In this document: positions 19,505 through 29,634 of the stretch, one piece after another
Numbering within the stretch: position 1 is the first letter of the stretch
Layout: the number at the start of each line of letters is the position of its first letter
From: an uncultured Chloroflexia bacterium
GTDB lineage: Bacteria > Chloroflexota > Limnocylindria > Limnocylindrales > CSP1-4
DNA length: 64,000 nt
Assembly (NCBI GenBank): GCA_963794525.1
Contig: CAWCEC010000003.1
Span: 188,090 to 252,089, forward strand
Direction of reading: 5' to 3'
Position numbers and translations under genes: made by a program
Notes under the pieces: model-generated
The model's input: the letters and a program-made list of their open reading frames with translations, nothing else
What the model was told of the DNA's origin: nothing
Databases searched by the model: none

Positions 19505-19726
19505 GCGGTTTACCGGCACGCTCCTGGGCCTCGCGGCCGGTGCGTCGACGGATTCCGATGCCATCGTAAGAATCAGGGCATCGGCGGTCAGAAGGGTCCG
19601 CGCGTCAGCGTGCCAGGCGGGTATTCGTGCGTGGCCGGGCCGCCGCGGTGGTTGATTTGGCCCCGTAATCCCCTGATTCTTCCGATCCCACAAGATTGGC
19701 GGCGTTAAGTGCAGCCCAAGCCGCGT

Positions 19727-20083
19727 TCAGTCCTCGAGGTCGTACGCCACGGGATGGCGTGGCTCGTAGATGGCCAGTTCGGCGCCACTCGGCAGCCGGA
19801 CCGACGCCAGCAGACCCCAGCCCTGGTCGGTCAGCGGGGACATCTCCACACCGCGCGTCGCGAGGCGGTCGCTGAGGGCAACGATGTCGTCGCACATCAG
19901 GTAGAACTCGACGCTCGGGTCGCCGTCCGTCGGGTGCATCGCGATCTCGGCCGGCGGCAACTTGAAGATCAACCAACCGTCACCCGCATCGACGCCCACG
20001 AACCCCAGGACGTCGCGCACGAACACGCGATCTGCATCAGCATCGCTGCTGTACAAGATGACGTGGGCGCCGCTGAACATCAC
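19727..20083 (-). CDS. VOC / glyoxalase-bleomycin resistance family protein
   Basis: 118 aa. HVILYSSDADADRVFVRDVLGF...IAMHPTD...EFYLMCDD...LAIYEPRH is a typical single VOC module. Confidence 0.7.
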   Translation of the reverse strand: MMFSGAHVILYSSDADADRVFVRDVLGFVGVDAGDGWLIFKLPPAEIAMHPTDGDPSVEFYLMCDDIVALSDRLATRGVEMSPLTDQGWGLLASVRLPSGAELAIYEPRHPVAYDLED

Positions 20084-20089
20084 GAATCC

Positions 20090-20689
20090 CTAGTCCCGCA
20101 GCAGGCTGCGCAGCGCCGCCTTGACGCGCTCCTCGAGCGTGCCGCCGATCGTCGCATCTGCGAGGGCCGTGCGGGATGCCTCCCGCGCCTCGGCCAGCGA
20201 ATAGCCGAGCGCTTGGAGCGCGGCGACCACCTCGGTCTCCGCCGCGCCACGCGTCCCGACGGCATCCGCTGAGACGGCCGCGACCCCGGCCGCAGCCACC
20301 TTCTCCTTGAGCTCGAAGATCACCCGCTCCGCGAGTTTCTTGCCGATGCCAGGGATCGACACGAGCACGGCCTGGTCGCCGGTCATGATCGCGAGCTGCA
20401 GATCGGCAGTCGGGCGCGACCCGACGATCGCGAGCGCGACCTTGGGCCCGACCCCCGTCACGGTCAGCAGCAGGTTGAAGAACCCGAGCTCCTCGGCAGT
20501 GCGAAAGCCGTACAGCGCCTGCTGGTCCTCCCGCACCAGGTGAAAGGTGTGCAGCTTCAGGTTGCTGCCTGCGGCCGCGGCCGTCAGCACCGACGGCGCC
20601 ACGAACACCCGGTAGCCGATCCCGCCGACCTCGATCACCAGCGAATCGGCCACGATCGCGCCGACCTTCCCCTCGACTGACGCGATCAC
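20090..20689 (-). CDS. ruvA: Holliday junction DNA helicase subunit RuvA
   Basis: MIASVEGKV...VIEVGGIGYRVFV is the OB domain. The HhH motifs are LLTVTGVGPKVA and IPGIGKKLAERV. Confidence 0.9.
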   Translation of the reverse strand: MIASVEGKVGAIVADSLVIEVGGIGYRVFVAPSVLTAAAAGSNLKLHTFHLVREDQQALYGFRTAEELGFFNLLLTVTGVGPKVALAIVGSRPTADLQLAIMTGDQAVLVSIPGIGKKLAERVIFELKEKVAAAGVAAVSADAVGTRGAAETEVVAALQALGYSLAEAREASRTALADATIGGTLEERVKAALRSLLRD

Positions 20690-20707
20690 TCGACCGACCG
20701 TGCAGAC

Positions 20708-21301
20708 CTAGCCGGCATCCCGCTTCTCGCGCGCCAATGCCTCACGGACTGCGCGCTCGTACCCGGATGCGCCCCTGGTGATCGGCGCGACGGCTGCTCG
20801 GTCCATGACCGCGGAGAGCTCGGCCGTGCCGGACGATGCGCTGTTCGCCGCCCAGACCGCGATCGCGAGCGCATCGGCGGCGTCATCGGGCTGTGGCCGC
20901 TGGGCCATCCCGAGCACGACTTGAACCATCCGCTGGACCTGCTCCTTGTCCGCGGCGCCGTAGCCGGCGATCGCCGACTTCACCTCGTTGGGAGTCGCCT
21001 CCACGACCGGCACCCCGTGCTGCGCCGCGGCCAGCAGCACCACCCCGCGCGCCTGCCCGACGCCGAATGCCGTCTGCACGTTGCGCGAGAAGAACAGCCG
21101 CTCGACTGCGACCACGGCCGGCGAGAAGGACCCCATCAGCTCGTCGACCAGCTGATGGACCGCGAGCAACCGCGCCGGCAACCCGACATCCGGGGATGTC
21201 TCCAGACAGCCGTGATGGATCTCGCGCAGGCGACCCTGGGTCGCCTCGACGATCCCGTATCCCAGCGCAGCGGTTCCCGGGTCGATCCCGAGAACGATCA
21301 C
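20708..21301 (-). CDS. ruvC: crossover junction endodeoxyribonuclease RuvC
   Basis: [19 protein letters not shown]...AVERLFF...DAADALAIA. Confidence 0.9.
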   Translation of the reverse strand: MIVLGIDPGTAALGYGIVEATQGRLREIHHGCLETSPDVGLPARLLAVHQLVDELMGSFSPAVVAVERLFFSRNVQTAFGVGQARGVVLLAAAQHGVPVVEATPNEVKSAIAGYGAADKEQVQRMVQVVLGMAQRPQPDDAADALAIAVWAANSASSGTAELSAVMDRAAVAPITRGASGYERAVREALAREKRDAG

Positions 21302-22050
21302 CCGGCGACCTCGGCGAAGACCTCTTCGGGTATGTCGAAGTTGGCAGTCACGCGCGAGACGTCGTCGAGGTCCTCCAGCAGCTCGACCAGGCGCAGCGCC
21401 TGGCGCGCCTTCGCCGCGTCGAGCTCGACCGTCTGCTTCGCGATCATCGTCGACTCGGCCGTTTCGACCGGCACGCCCGCACCTTCGAGCGACGCGCGAA
21501 CGCGCTCCAGGTCGGCGGGTGACGTGTAGATCTCGATCGCCTCGTCATCGTCAGTGTCGACGTCGTCGGCTCCGGCATCGATCGCGGTCAGGGCGACCTC
21601 GTCGGCGTCGATCCCGTTGCGCGCCACCGTGATGAGCCCGCGCGGCTCGAACTGCCACGCGACGGCCCCGGAGCCTGCCAGCTGGCCGCCGCTCTTGGTG
21701 AACATCGAGCGAACCTCGGCTGCCGTCCGGTTGCGGTTGTCCGTCTGCGCCTCGACGAGCACGGCCACGCCGCCCGGACCGTAGCCCTCGTACACGATCT
21801 CCTCGTACTGGTCGGCCTCGCCGCCGCCGGTCGCCTTGTCGATCGTGCGCTTGATGTTGTCGGCCGGCATGTTGACCGAGCGCGCCTTTTCGATCGCCAG
21901 GCGGAGTCGATAGTTGGCGTCCGGGTCGCCGCCGCCGAGTCTCGCCGCGACTGCGATCTCGCGTGCGACCTTCGTGAAGAGCGCCCCCCGCTTGGCGTCG
22001 TTCGCGCCTTTCTGGCGCTTGATGGTCGACCACTTGGAATGACCTGACAT
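21298..22050 (-). CDS. yebC: YebC/PmpR family DNA-binding transcriptional regulator
   Basis: [27 protein letters not shown]... It has a 4-nt overlap with ruvC. Confidence 0.9.
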   Translation of the reverse strand: MSGHSKWSTIKRQKGANDAKRGALFTKVAREIAVAARLGGGDPDANYRLRLAIEKARSVNMPADNIKRTIDKATGGGEADQYEEIVYEGYGPGGVAVLVEAQTDNRNRTAAEVRSMFTKSGGQLAGSGAVAWQFEPRGLITVARNGIDADEVALTAIDAGADDVDTDDDEAIEIYTSPADLERVRASLEGAGVPVETAESTMIAKQTVELDAAKARQALRLVELLEDLDDVSRVTANFDIPEEVFAEVAG

Positions 22051-22144
22051 CGCGGGCCGGAGTATAGCCGACTATCATGGCCCGACCCCTGCTCCGCGGC
22101 TCCTTTCGGCACCCTCTCGCAACCTCAGGAGGAACGTCGAGCCG

Positions 22145-24232
22145 ATGACGATGAAGAGCGTCGACCTGCCCCACCTTCGAAGCGTCGTCCTGGCCGGTCA
22201 CGCCGGTGGCGGCAAGACGACGCTCGCCGAGCAGCTGCTGTTCAAGGCCGGCGCGATCCCCCGACTCGGACGGGTCGACGATGCCACGGCCCACCTCGAT
22301 TTCGAGCCCGAGGAGCAGAAGCGCAAGGAGTCACTGAGCCTCGCCGTCGGCACGTTCGAGTACGACGGGACGCGCATCTCCCTGGTCGACACGCCGGGCT
22401 ACCCCGACTTCGTGGCCGACATGGTCGAGGGCTTCGCCGCGGCCGATGGTGCGCTGTTCGTGGTCGATGCCTCCTCCCCCATCGAATCTGGCCTCGAGCA
22501 GGCAGTGGCCCTGGGTCGATCGACGGGACGGGCAGCCTGCTTCTTCATCAACCGGGCCGACAAGGAGAACGCCGACCCGACTGCGGCGCTCGATGCACTC
22601 CGCTCGACGTTCGGTGACAAGATCGCACCGCTCCAGATCGCGATCGGAGCGGGCGAAGGGTTCGATGGGTATGTCGACCTCGTGCATCGAAAGGCCTTCC
22701 AGTGGGACGGCAACACGGAGATCGAGATCCCGATCCCGGACGAGCTGGCCGACGAGGTCGCCAAGCGGCGCGACCAACTGCTGGCGGCCGCCGCCGAAGC
22801 CGACGACGACGTCCTCGTCAAGTATCTCGAGGGCGAGGAGGTGTCGGACCCCGAGCTCGAGGCGTGCCTGCGCAAGGGCGTCAAGGAGAGCGTGCTCGCG
22901 CCAGTCCTCGTGGGTTCGGCGGCGAAGGGCATCGGGCTCCAGGCGCTGCTCGACGCGTTCACCCGCTATCTCCCCTCCCCGGCCGACGAGGCACCGGCCA
23001 AGGCGCTCGACAAGTCCGGCGCGACCGTCGAGATCCCGGCCGACGAGAACGGGCCGCTGCTCGTACGAGTGTTCAAGACCACGGCCGACCCGTTCGTGGG
23101 CAGGCTGACGTACCTGCGGGTGCTGTCGGGCACCCTCAAGTCACAGGCCCACGTCTGGAACACGACCCGCGACGAGGACGAGCGCATCGGCCAGCTGCTC
23201 CTGCTCCACGGCAAGGAGCAGGAGCCGATCGGGGAGCTGAAGGCCGGCGAGATCGGGGCGGTGGCCAAACTGGCCGTGACCGAGACCGGGGATACCCTGG
23301 GTGCCAAGGACAAGCCGCTCCGTCTCCCGCCGCTGGAGTTCCCTGCGCCGGCGCTCGTCGTGGCCATCGAGCCCGTCTCGAAGCAGGACCTCGACAAGAT
23401 GGGTCCGGCACTGGCCCGGCTGCTCGAGGAGGACCCGACCGTCCGGCTGGAGCGGACGGACACCGGCGAGCAGGTGCTCCGGACCATGGGCGAAGCCCAC
23501 ACCTCGGTCATCCTGGAGCGGCTCAAGCGCAAGTTCGGCGCGGCGATCGCGACGCACACGCCGAAGGTGCCGTACAAGGAGACGATCCGCGGCACCACCA
23601 AGGTCCACGGCCGGTACAAGAAGCAGACCGGCGGCCACGGGATGTTCGGCGACGTCTGGCTGGAGCTCGAGCCCAACCCGGATGGCGGCGTCGAGTTCGC
23701 CGAGAAGATCGTCGGCGGCAGCGTGCCGAAGGGTTTCTTCCCCGGCGTCGAGAAGGGCATCCGAGAAGCAGCGGCCGAGGGCGTCCTGGCGGGCTACCCG
23801 CTGTCCGACTTCAAGGCCACGCTGTACGACGGGTCGTTCCACACGGTGGACTCGAACGAGCTGTCGTTCAAGATCGCCGCCTCGATGGCCCTCAAGGACG
23901 GCGTGCAGCAGGCCAAGCCGGCGCTGCTCGAGCCGATCATGCTCGTCGAGATCCGCGTGCCCGAGGCGTACATGGGTGAGGTCAATCGCGACCTCAACGG
24001 CCGGCGCGGCCGCGTCCTGGGCATGGACAGCGACGGCGGGATGCAGATCATCACCGCGCATGTGCCCCAGGCGGAGCTGTTCTCGTACGCCACCGAGCTG
24101 CGCTCGCTCGCCCAGGGCCGCGGCTCGTTCTCGGCCACGCTCGATCATTACGAGGACGTGCCGACGCACCTCGCCGAGAAGGTGATCTCCGAGCATCGCA
24201 AAACCGTGGAGGCCGGGCACGGGGGGCACTGA
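22145..24232 (+). CDS. elongation factor G paralog (EF-G2-like translational GTPase)
   Basis: 695 aa. G1 is AGHAGGGKTTLAE, G3 is DTPGYPDF, and G4 is a divergent NRAD. Domains II-V are recognisable (RVFKTTADPFVGRLTYLRV, ...HGMFGDVWLELEP...). It is not located in an str operon. Confidence 0.8.
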   Translation: MTMKSVDLPHLRSVVLAGHAGGGKTTLAEQLLFKAGAIPRLGRVDDATAHLDFEPEEQKRKESLSLAVGTFEYDGTRISLVDTPGYPDFVADMVEGFAAADGALFVVDASSPIESGLEQAVALGRSTGRAACFFINRADKENADPTAALDALRSTFGDKIAPLQIAIGAGEGFDGYVDLVHRKAFQWDGNTEIEIPIPDELADEVAKRRDQLLAAAAEADDDVLVKYLEGEEVSDPELEACLRKGVKESVLAPVLVGSAAKGIGLQALLDAFTRYLPSPADEAPAKALDKSGATVEIPADENGPLLVRVFKTTADPFVGRLTYLRVLSGTLKSQAHVWNTTRDEDERIGQLLLLHGKEQEPIGELKAGEIGAVAKLAVTETGDTLGAKDKPLRLPPLEFPAPALVVAIEPVSKQDLDKMGPALARLLEEDPTVRLERTDTGEQVLRTMGEAHTSVILERLKRKFGAAIATHTPKVPYKETIRGTTKVHGRYKKQTGGHGMFGDVWLELEPNPDGGVEFAEKIVGGSVPKGFFPGVEKGIREAAAEGVLAGYPLSDFKATLYDGSFHTVDSNELSFKIAASMALKDGVQQAKPALLEPIMLVEIRVPEAYMGEVNRDLNGRRGRVLGMDSDGGMQIITAHVPQAELFSYATELRSLAQGRGSFSATLDHYEDVPTHLAEKVISEHRKTVEAGHGGH

Positions 24233-24270
24233 CCCACCCGACCCAGCGATCCGGCAGAGGGGGTGAGCCG

Positions 24271-26867
24271 ATGCCGCCGGACGACCTGACCGCGGGGCCC
24301 GTCCCGCCTCGTCCCGGCGAGCTGCCGCCTCCCGGCGAGCCGCTGCCCCCCGGCGAGACGACACCCGGCGAACCGGCCGCGCCGACGATCGTCCAGCCAT
24401 ACATCCCGCCCCCACCACCGGTCAGCCGCGCCACCCGCGGCGGCAACCGACTGCGCTGGGTCGTGTTCATCATCGGCCTGGCCGGGCTCGCGCTTGGGGC
24501 GATCGCCATCCGGTCAGCCGCCCTCCTTGGCGAGCGGATCGACCCCGACCTCGTCACCACGCCTGAACTGGCGTCCATGGCGACCCTCGCCCTCCTCGCC
24601 CAGGCGGTCGTGCTCGTCCTCGCGCCGCTCGCGCTGCTCGCCGGTCGGCGCTGGTCGACCCGGATGCGAGCGTCGCTCCAGGAGCTCGGCGACCCCGGTC
24701 CGCTCCTTGCGCCGGCACGAACGACAGCCCGCGTGGCGCTGGCGCTGGCCGCGGGCGGCGTGGCGCTGATCGCGATCGGCGCAGTCGGGCTGCAGGCGCC
24801 ATTCGGTCGCGATGTCGCGCGCGCGTCATGGGTCCTCACGGCAGTCGGGGCGCTGTCGCTGCCGGTCGCCGCCGGGCTGCTGGTGTGGCTGATCGGAGAC
24901 ATCGAACGGCGCGAGGCGATCGTCCTCAATGCCGGCGATCCCTGGCAGCCGCACCCGGGCGATCGCGACCGGCGCTGGCCGCTGGCCGCGATCGCGCTGC
25001 TGGCCGTCCTCGCAGTGATCCCGCCGGCCGCCAACATCCCCTACCTGTGGAGCGATCACGTCTGCTACGCGGCCGATCTGGAGTGTCGCTGGATCGTCGT
25101 GCAGGCCGACCAGCTCGCGAACGATCCGCGCGGCCCGACCACCGTGCTGCATTACGGGATCCGGCGGGCGACGAAGGCGTCGCTCGGCACCCTGGTCATC
25201 GCCACGGGTGGCCCGGGCGTGAGCGGCGTGAGCGCGTACGCCGAGACCGCCAGCCGCTTCGATCCAAGACTGACCGATGCCTACGACGTCGTCGTCTTCG
25301 ACGCGCGCGGCGTGGGCGAGTCGAGCTACGTCGACTGCCCGGTCGCGAACTCGCGCTACCAATCCTCGCTGTGGTTCGACGTCGCCCCGGCGGTCATCGA
25401 GGACTTCGTGGACGCCTGCGTCGATGAGAGCGGGGTCGACCGCGCCCGGCTCGCGGAGTACGGCAGTGCCCAGATGGTCGAGGACGTCGAGACGATCCGG
25501 CGCGACCTCGGCGTCGAGCGCATCGCGCTGTACGGCGAGAGTTATGGCACGGTCGTGGCGCAGCGCTATGCGGTCGCGCACCCCGAGCATCTCGAGGCGC
25601 TGATCCTCGATGGCGCCATCGACATCGACCAACCGACCGATGCGTCGTGGATGGAAGCTGCCGACGGGTTCGAGGATGTCCTCGAGCGGAGCCTCCAGGA
25701 ATGTGCCCGGCTGCAAGCCTGCGACTTCGCGTACCAGTCGGTGTGGGCGAACGTGATGGGCTCGCTGGACCGTGGCGGCGTCAGCGCGCGATACGCCGGC
25801 ACCGATGGCGTCGTCACCGACTGGCCGCTCGTCGCTCCGCTCGTGCGCGAGACGCTCATCAACGCCATGTACGACGTGACCGCCCGGATGCTCGCCCTGC
25901 GGGCGCTCAGCGCCGCCGAGGGCGGGGATTGGGTGCCGATGGCGCGCCTCGTCTACGGCGGGTTCGACATCGATCACCCCCAAGCCGTGTCCGACTTCGC
26001 GTACTACGCCACCGGCTGCGCCGACCGGCATTCGCGCGGCCCGGAACCAGATCCCGGAGCGTTCATGCAGGCACTCAAGGGTTCCGAGCTCCCTGAGACG
26101 CGGACCGGCAGCGTGTACCTGTCCAGCGCGGCCTGCCACGCCTGGCCCGTGCCGGCGGCGGGTGCCCCACCGGACTCTCTGCCGTCGGCCGCCCCGTTCC
26201 CGGTCCTCATCCTGAGCGCCACCGCCGATCCCATCACGCCGGCCACCCACGGTCGGCGGATCGCGGATCGCTACCGCCCGTTGACCGAGACATACGTGCT
26301 GGAGACACGCGACGGCCCGCACGTCACGTTCGGGCGGGGCGAGGCCTGCCCGGACGACGCCGTCATCGACCTGTTGCTCAGCGATGTGCGGCCGTCCGAG
26401 TCGGTGACCGTCGTGTCCGGGCCAGCTCGTCGCGCCGATCCTCGAGCTCTCCGTCGACCGGGCCGATGACGACGCGCTATCGTTCCGTGCGCGCGCGCTC
26501 GACCTCGAGCTGCTCGCGCATCCGGACTATCGGAGCTGGGACGGGCTCGGCCGGCTGACCGTCGGCTGCCGGTTCGGGGGCCGCCTGGAGGTCGAGGCCG
26601 AGAGCGAGAACGAGGCCGCGACCGAGGGTGCGCCGATCGGCCCGACCGAGCGGATCACCGTCGCCGGCTGCACCGTGCTCCAAGGCGAGCCGATGACCGG
26701 CACCGGTACCTATCGCGGTGACCGACGAGGCCGAGTTCGAGGTGCGTTTCCCGGCGGGCGACTTGACCTACCGGATCGTGGGCGTGGGGCGCTACACCGA
26801 CGAGGACGACACGTCCGCGTACTGGGAGGGGACCTACCAGGGTCGGGCGATCGACGGCCGGCGCTGA
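24271..26867 (+). CDS. membrane-anchored alpha/beta hydrolase (S33 / TAP-like peptidase family), two frameshifts near the 3-prime end as given
   Basis: It has a Pro-rich N-terminus and about 5 TM helices. The hydrolase core includes GGPGVSG and the nucleophile elbow GESYG. ORF 24271..26469 then continues in two further frames by my own translation: CPGQLVAPILELSVDRADDDALSFRARALDLELLAHPDYRSWDG...TGTGTY, then IAVTDEAEFEVRFPAGDLTYRIVGVGRYTDEDDTSAYWEGTYQGRAIDGRR stop at 26865-26867. Confidence 0.7.
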
Positions 26868-26903
26868 CGATCAGGCGATCGCCAGCGCCGCGTTGTCGTC
26901 GCG

Positions 26904-27812
26904 TCAGGACGCTCGATAGAACAGCCAGGCGTCGCGCATGCGCTGGGTCTGGCCTTCGGTGAACTCGGTGTAGCAGGTGTCGTACGAGTAATCCATGTAG
27001 TTATGGATCGGGTCGAGGCCGGGCGCCTTGCAGGTGTCCTTCCCGATCGGGCAGCCGGCGGTCGGTGTCTTCTGCGGCGGCGTGTCATCGACGAAGTCGC
27101 CCCGCTGGTTGCAACCACCGAAGAAGGTGTGCTCCAGGTTGAGCCAGTGGCCCACTTCGTGGGTGAGGGTCTCACCGAGGTCGTAGCGACCCGCGTAGGT
27201 CGTCGAGACGCCGGGGATGGTCTCCCAGTCGAAGACGATCCCATCGAGGTAGGCCTTGGAGGTGTTGGTGACGCTGGGCAGATAGGCCCAACCGAGGTAG
27301 GCGCCACCGCTCGTCGAGTAGACGTTCAGCGTGTCGTCGCCGCCTTGCTTGAGCGACCGCTTCATGTCTGCCTCGGCACCGCCCGACGCCGACGCGAACC
27401 ACGCCGCGTTGTTCGTCCGCGTGACTCCCTCCAGATCGAACTCGAAGCCGGTGTCCGCGCCGCCCTCACCGCCGCCGAAGGTGTTGTCGAGCACGGCCAT
27501 CTGAGCGTTGATCTGGGTCGTGGTGAGATTGCCCGCCGCACCGTCGGTGATGACGTGGAACCACGTTGGGACGGTGACACTGAAGCCAGGTCGAGCCTTG
27601 CCCTTGGCCGACGCCGGCAGGTCGACATGGACCTGGCCGGTGTCCTTCTCGCGCAGCTTCGTGCCGCGTCCTTCGAAGGCGATCTCGGCCTGATGGGGGT
27701 CGCACAGGGCGGAACCGCCGACGAGGCTGTAGGCCGCCGCGGGCACCACCCCCAGCATGGCGATGATCGCGTAGCCGGCGATGAGCGCGATGGCGCGACG
27801 CGTGATGGACAT
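26904..27812 (-). CDS. secreted zinc metallopeptidase, M43 (pappalysin/ulilysin-like) family
   Basis: Start at ATG 27812 (MSITRRAIALIAGYAIIAMLG signal), with GGGGGA upstream. It has the HEVGHWLNLEHTF zinc motif and a Cys-rich C-terminus. Confidence 0.85.
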   Translation of the reverse strand: MSITRRAIALIAGYAIIAMLGVVPAAAYSLVGGSALCDPHQAEIAFEGRGTKLREKDTGQVHVDLPASAKGKARPGFSVTVPTWFHVITDGAAGNLTTTQINAQMAVLDNTFGGGEGGADTGFEFDLEGVTRTNNAAWFASASGGAEADMKRSLKQGGDDTLNVYSTSGGAYLGWAYLPSVTNTSKAYLDGIVFDWETIPGVSTTYAGRYDLGETLTHEVGHWLNLEHTFFGGCNQRGDFVDDTPPQKTPTAGCPIGKDTCKAPGLDPIHNYMDYSYDTCYTEFTEGQTQRMRDAWLFYRAS

Positions 27813-27948
27813 TCGATGTCCCCCTACGCTGGAACGACGACCTCTCCACCGATCGTCTGGAGCTGGAATCTCAGCGCCACCCCGGGGTCGATGCGACACC
27901 GTTTCGTGCAGGGCGGTGCGTACACGCGCCATGGTGACGTGGTAGCGT

Positions 27949-27978
27949 GCTAACACGTTACTAGGCCACCGTGTTAGC
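27949..27978. promoter_or_regulatory. 9-bp perfect inverted repeat GCTAACACG-N12-CGTGTTAGC, candidate operator upstream of yerC-hisC
   Basis: The arms are at 27949-27957 and 27970-27978, ending 17 nt before the yerC ATG. It lies in the divergent region shared with the M43 peptidase gene. Function is inferred from position only. Confidence 0.3.
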
Positions 27979-27994
27979 GAGGTATCAGGCCGAC

Positions 27995-28282
27995 ATGGCG
28001 CAGGACTGGCGAACGCCGAACGTCGAAGCCCTCTTCGACGCGATCCTCCGACTCAATTCTTCTGACGAGGCCGCGGCCTTCTTCCGCGACCTGTGCACGC
28101 TCGGCGAGCTGCACGACATGGGCCAGCGCTGGGCCGTGGTGCGCATGCTGGACGAGGGCCTCCATTACGCCGATATCTCGCGTCTCACGGGCGCCAGCAC
28201 AGCGACGATCACCCGGATCGCGTCGTGGCTCAAGCACGGCGAGGGCGGCTATCGAGCGATGCTCGCGAAGCAGCGCACTTAG
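27995..28282 (+). CDS. YerC/YecD family TrpR-like protein
   Basis: MAQDWRTPNVEALFDAILRLNSSDEAAAFFRDLCTLGELHDMGQRWAVVRMLDEGLHYADISRLTGASTATITRI aligns with the YerC/YecD family over its full length. The ORF is open from GTG 27971, but the ATG at 27995 fits the family N-terminus. Confidence 0.8.
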   Translation: MAQDWRTPNVEALFDAILRLNSSDEAAAFFRDLCTLGELHDMGQRWAVVRMLDEGLHYADISRLTGASTATITRIASWLKHGEGGYRAMLAKQRT

Positions 28283-28307
28283 CGCTCGCCCGCGCGCGGC
28301 GCCCGCG

Positions 28308-29612
28308 ATGCACAGGCGTCACCATACGAGCGTGAGCCCGACACCAGTCACCTTCGCAACGCCCAACCAGCCCGCGTCGTACACGTGGGAAGCCACGAAC
28401 GAGGAGGTCGCGGCGCGATACGGCGTCCCGATCGACGAGATCGTCCGCTTCGACCTCAACACGCCGCCGGCGCCGCCGGAGCTCGCGCAGCGCGTCATGG
28501 CGGCCGGCCAATTCCACGTTTCGCTCTCGGAGTACCCGCCGGCCGACTACCGTCGTCTCGTCGAGGCGGCGGCGGCGCGGTACGGTGTCGGCACGGACGA
28601 GATCGTCGTCGGGGCGGGTGCGGACGAGATCCTCGACGTCATCGGCAAGACCTTCCTGGCTGAAGGATCGCGTGCGATCGTCCCGACACCCACGTACGCC
28701 ATGTTCCGGGTCATCACCGAGCAACGTGGCGCGACGGCCGTCCTCGTGCCGAGGCTTGGCGCCGGCGAGGGCTACGCGCTCGACCTGCCTGCCGTCCGAG
28801 CAGCCGCCCGTGAGGCGGCGCTGCTCTGGCTCTGCTCACCGAACAACCCGACCGCCCAGGCCGAGCCTGACGGCGCGATCCAGGCGTTGCTCGGCCAGAT
28901 CGAGGCCGACGCGAACGCCGACGGCCGACCGGTGCCCATCGTCGTGGTCGACGAGGCCTACGCCGAGTTCGCCGGCCGGTCCCTCGATGAGCTGCGCTTC
29001 CAGCACGCCAACCTCATCACGATCCGCACGGCGAGCAAGGCCTACGCGATGGCCGGGCTCCGTGTCGGGTTCGCTATCGCCCGTCCCGAGCTCGTCGCCC
29101 GGATGAACCCGATCAGGCCGCCGGGATCCGTGTCGACCGTGTCCGTGACCGTCGTGACCGAGGCCCTCCTGGACGATGACCTCGCCGCGAGGAATGTGGC
29201 AGCGGTGGCGGGCGAGCGGGACCGGCTGACGGAGGCGCTGTCAGAGGCCGGCTGGTCGGCGGGACCGTCGGTGACGAACTTCGTGCTCGTCGATCTGGGC
29301 TCCGTCGATCGTGCGGCAGACGCGGCGGAGGCGCTCCTCAAGCGCGGGCTCGTCCCGCGCACCTTCCCCGAGACGCACCCGCTCGCCGATCACCTGCGGC
29401 TCACGGTGCGTAGCCCAGAGCAGAATGCCCGACTGATCGCGGCAGTCCGGGCGTTCGAAGGCTGGCGGCTAGGCGTCCGGATCCAGCGCGGTGTCAGCCG
29501 TAGGCACGAAACCGCGATGAAAGAGCGTGCGCCACCCCCGCCTTCCGACACGAAGGGCCCAGTTTGCCGGCCTCCCATGCAGGATCCGTGCCGGATGCGT
29601 GCTTACGGCTGA
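28308..29612 (+). CDS. hisC: histidinol-phosphate aminotransferase (class II aminotransferase); C-terminal about 50 aa doubtful
   Basis: FDLNTPPAP, CSPNNPT, and the PLP lysine in RTASKAYAMAGLRVGFAI. The tail after ...RLIAAVRAF (GWRLGVRIQRGVSRRHETAMKERAPPPP...) is not aminotransferase-like and runs through an inverted-repeat element. Confidence 0.8.
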   Translation: MHRRHHTSVSPTPVTFATPNQPASYTWEATNEEVAARYGVPIDEIVRFDLNTPPAPPELAQRVMAAGQFHVSLSEYPPADYRRLVEAAAARYGVGTDEIVVGAGADEILDVIGKTFLAEGSRAIVPTPTYAMFRVITEQRGATAVLVPRLGAGEGYALDLPAVRAAAREAALLWLCSPNNPTAQAEPDGAIQALLGQIEADANADGRPVPIVVVDEAYAEFAGRSLDELRFQHANLITIRTASKAYAMAGLRVGFAIARPELVARMNPIRPPGSVSTVSVTVVTEALLDDDLAARNVAAVAGERDRLTEALSEAGWSAGPSVTNFVLVDLGSVDRAADAAEALLKRGLVPRTFPETHPLADHLRLTVRSPEQNARLIAAVRAFEGWRLGVRIQRGVSRRHETAMKERAPPPPSDTKGPVCRPPMQDPCRMRAYG

Positions 29613-29634
29613 CACGACCCGGGGCGACCGGCGC

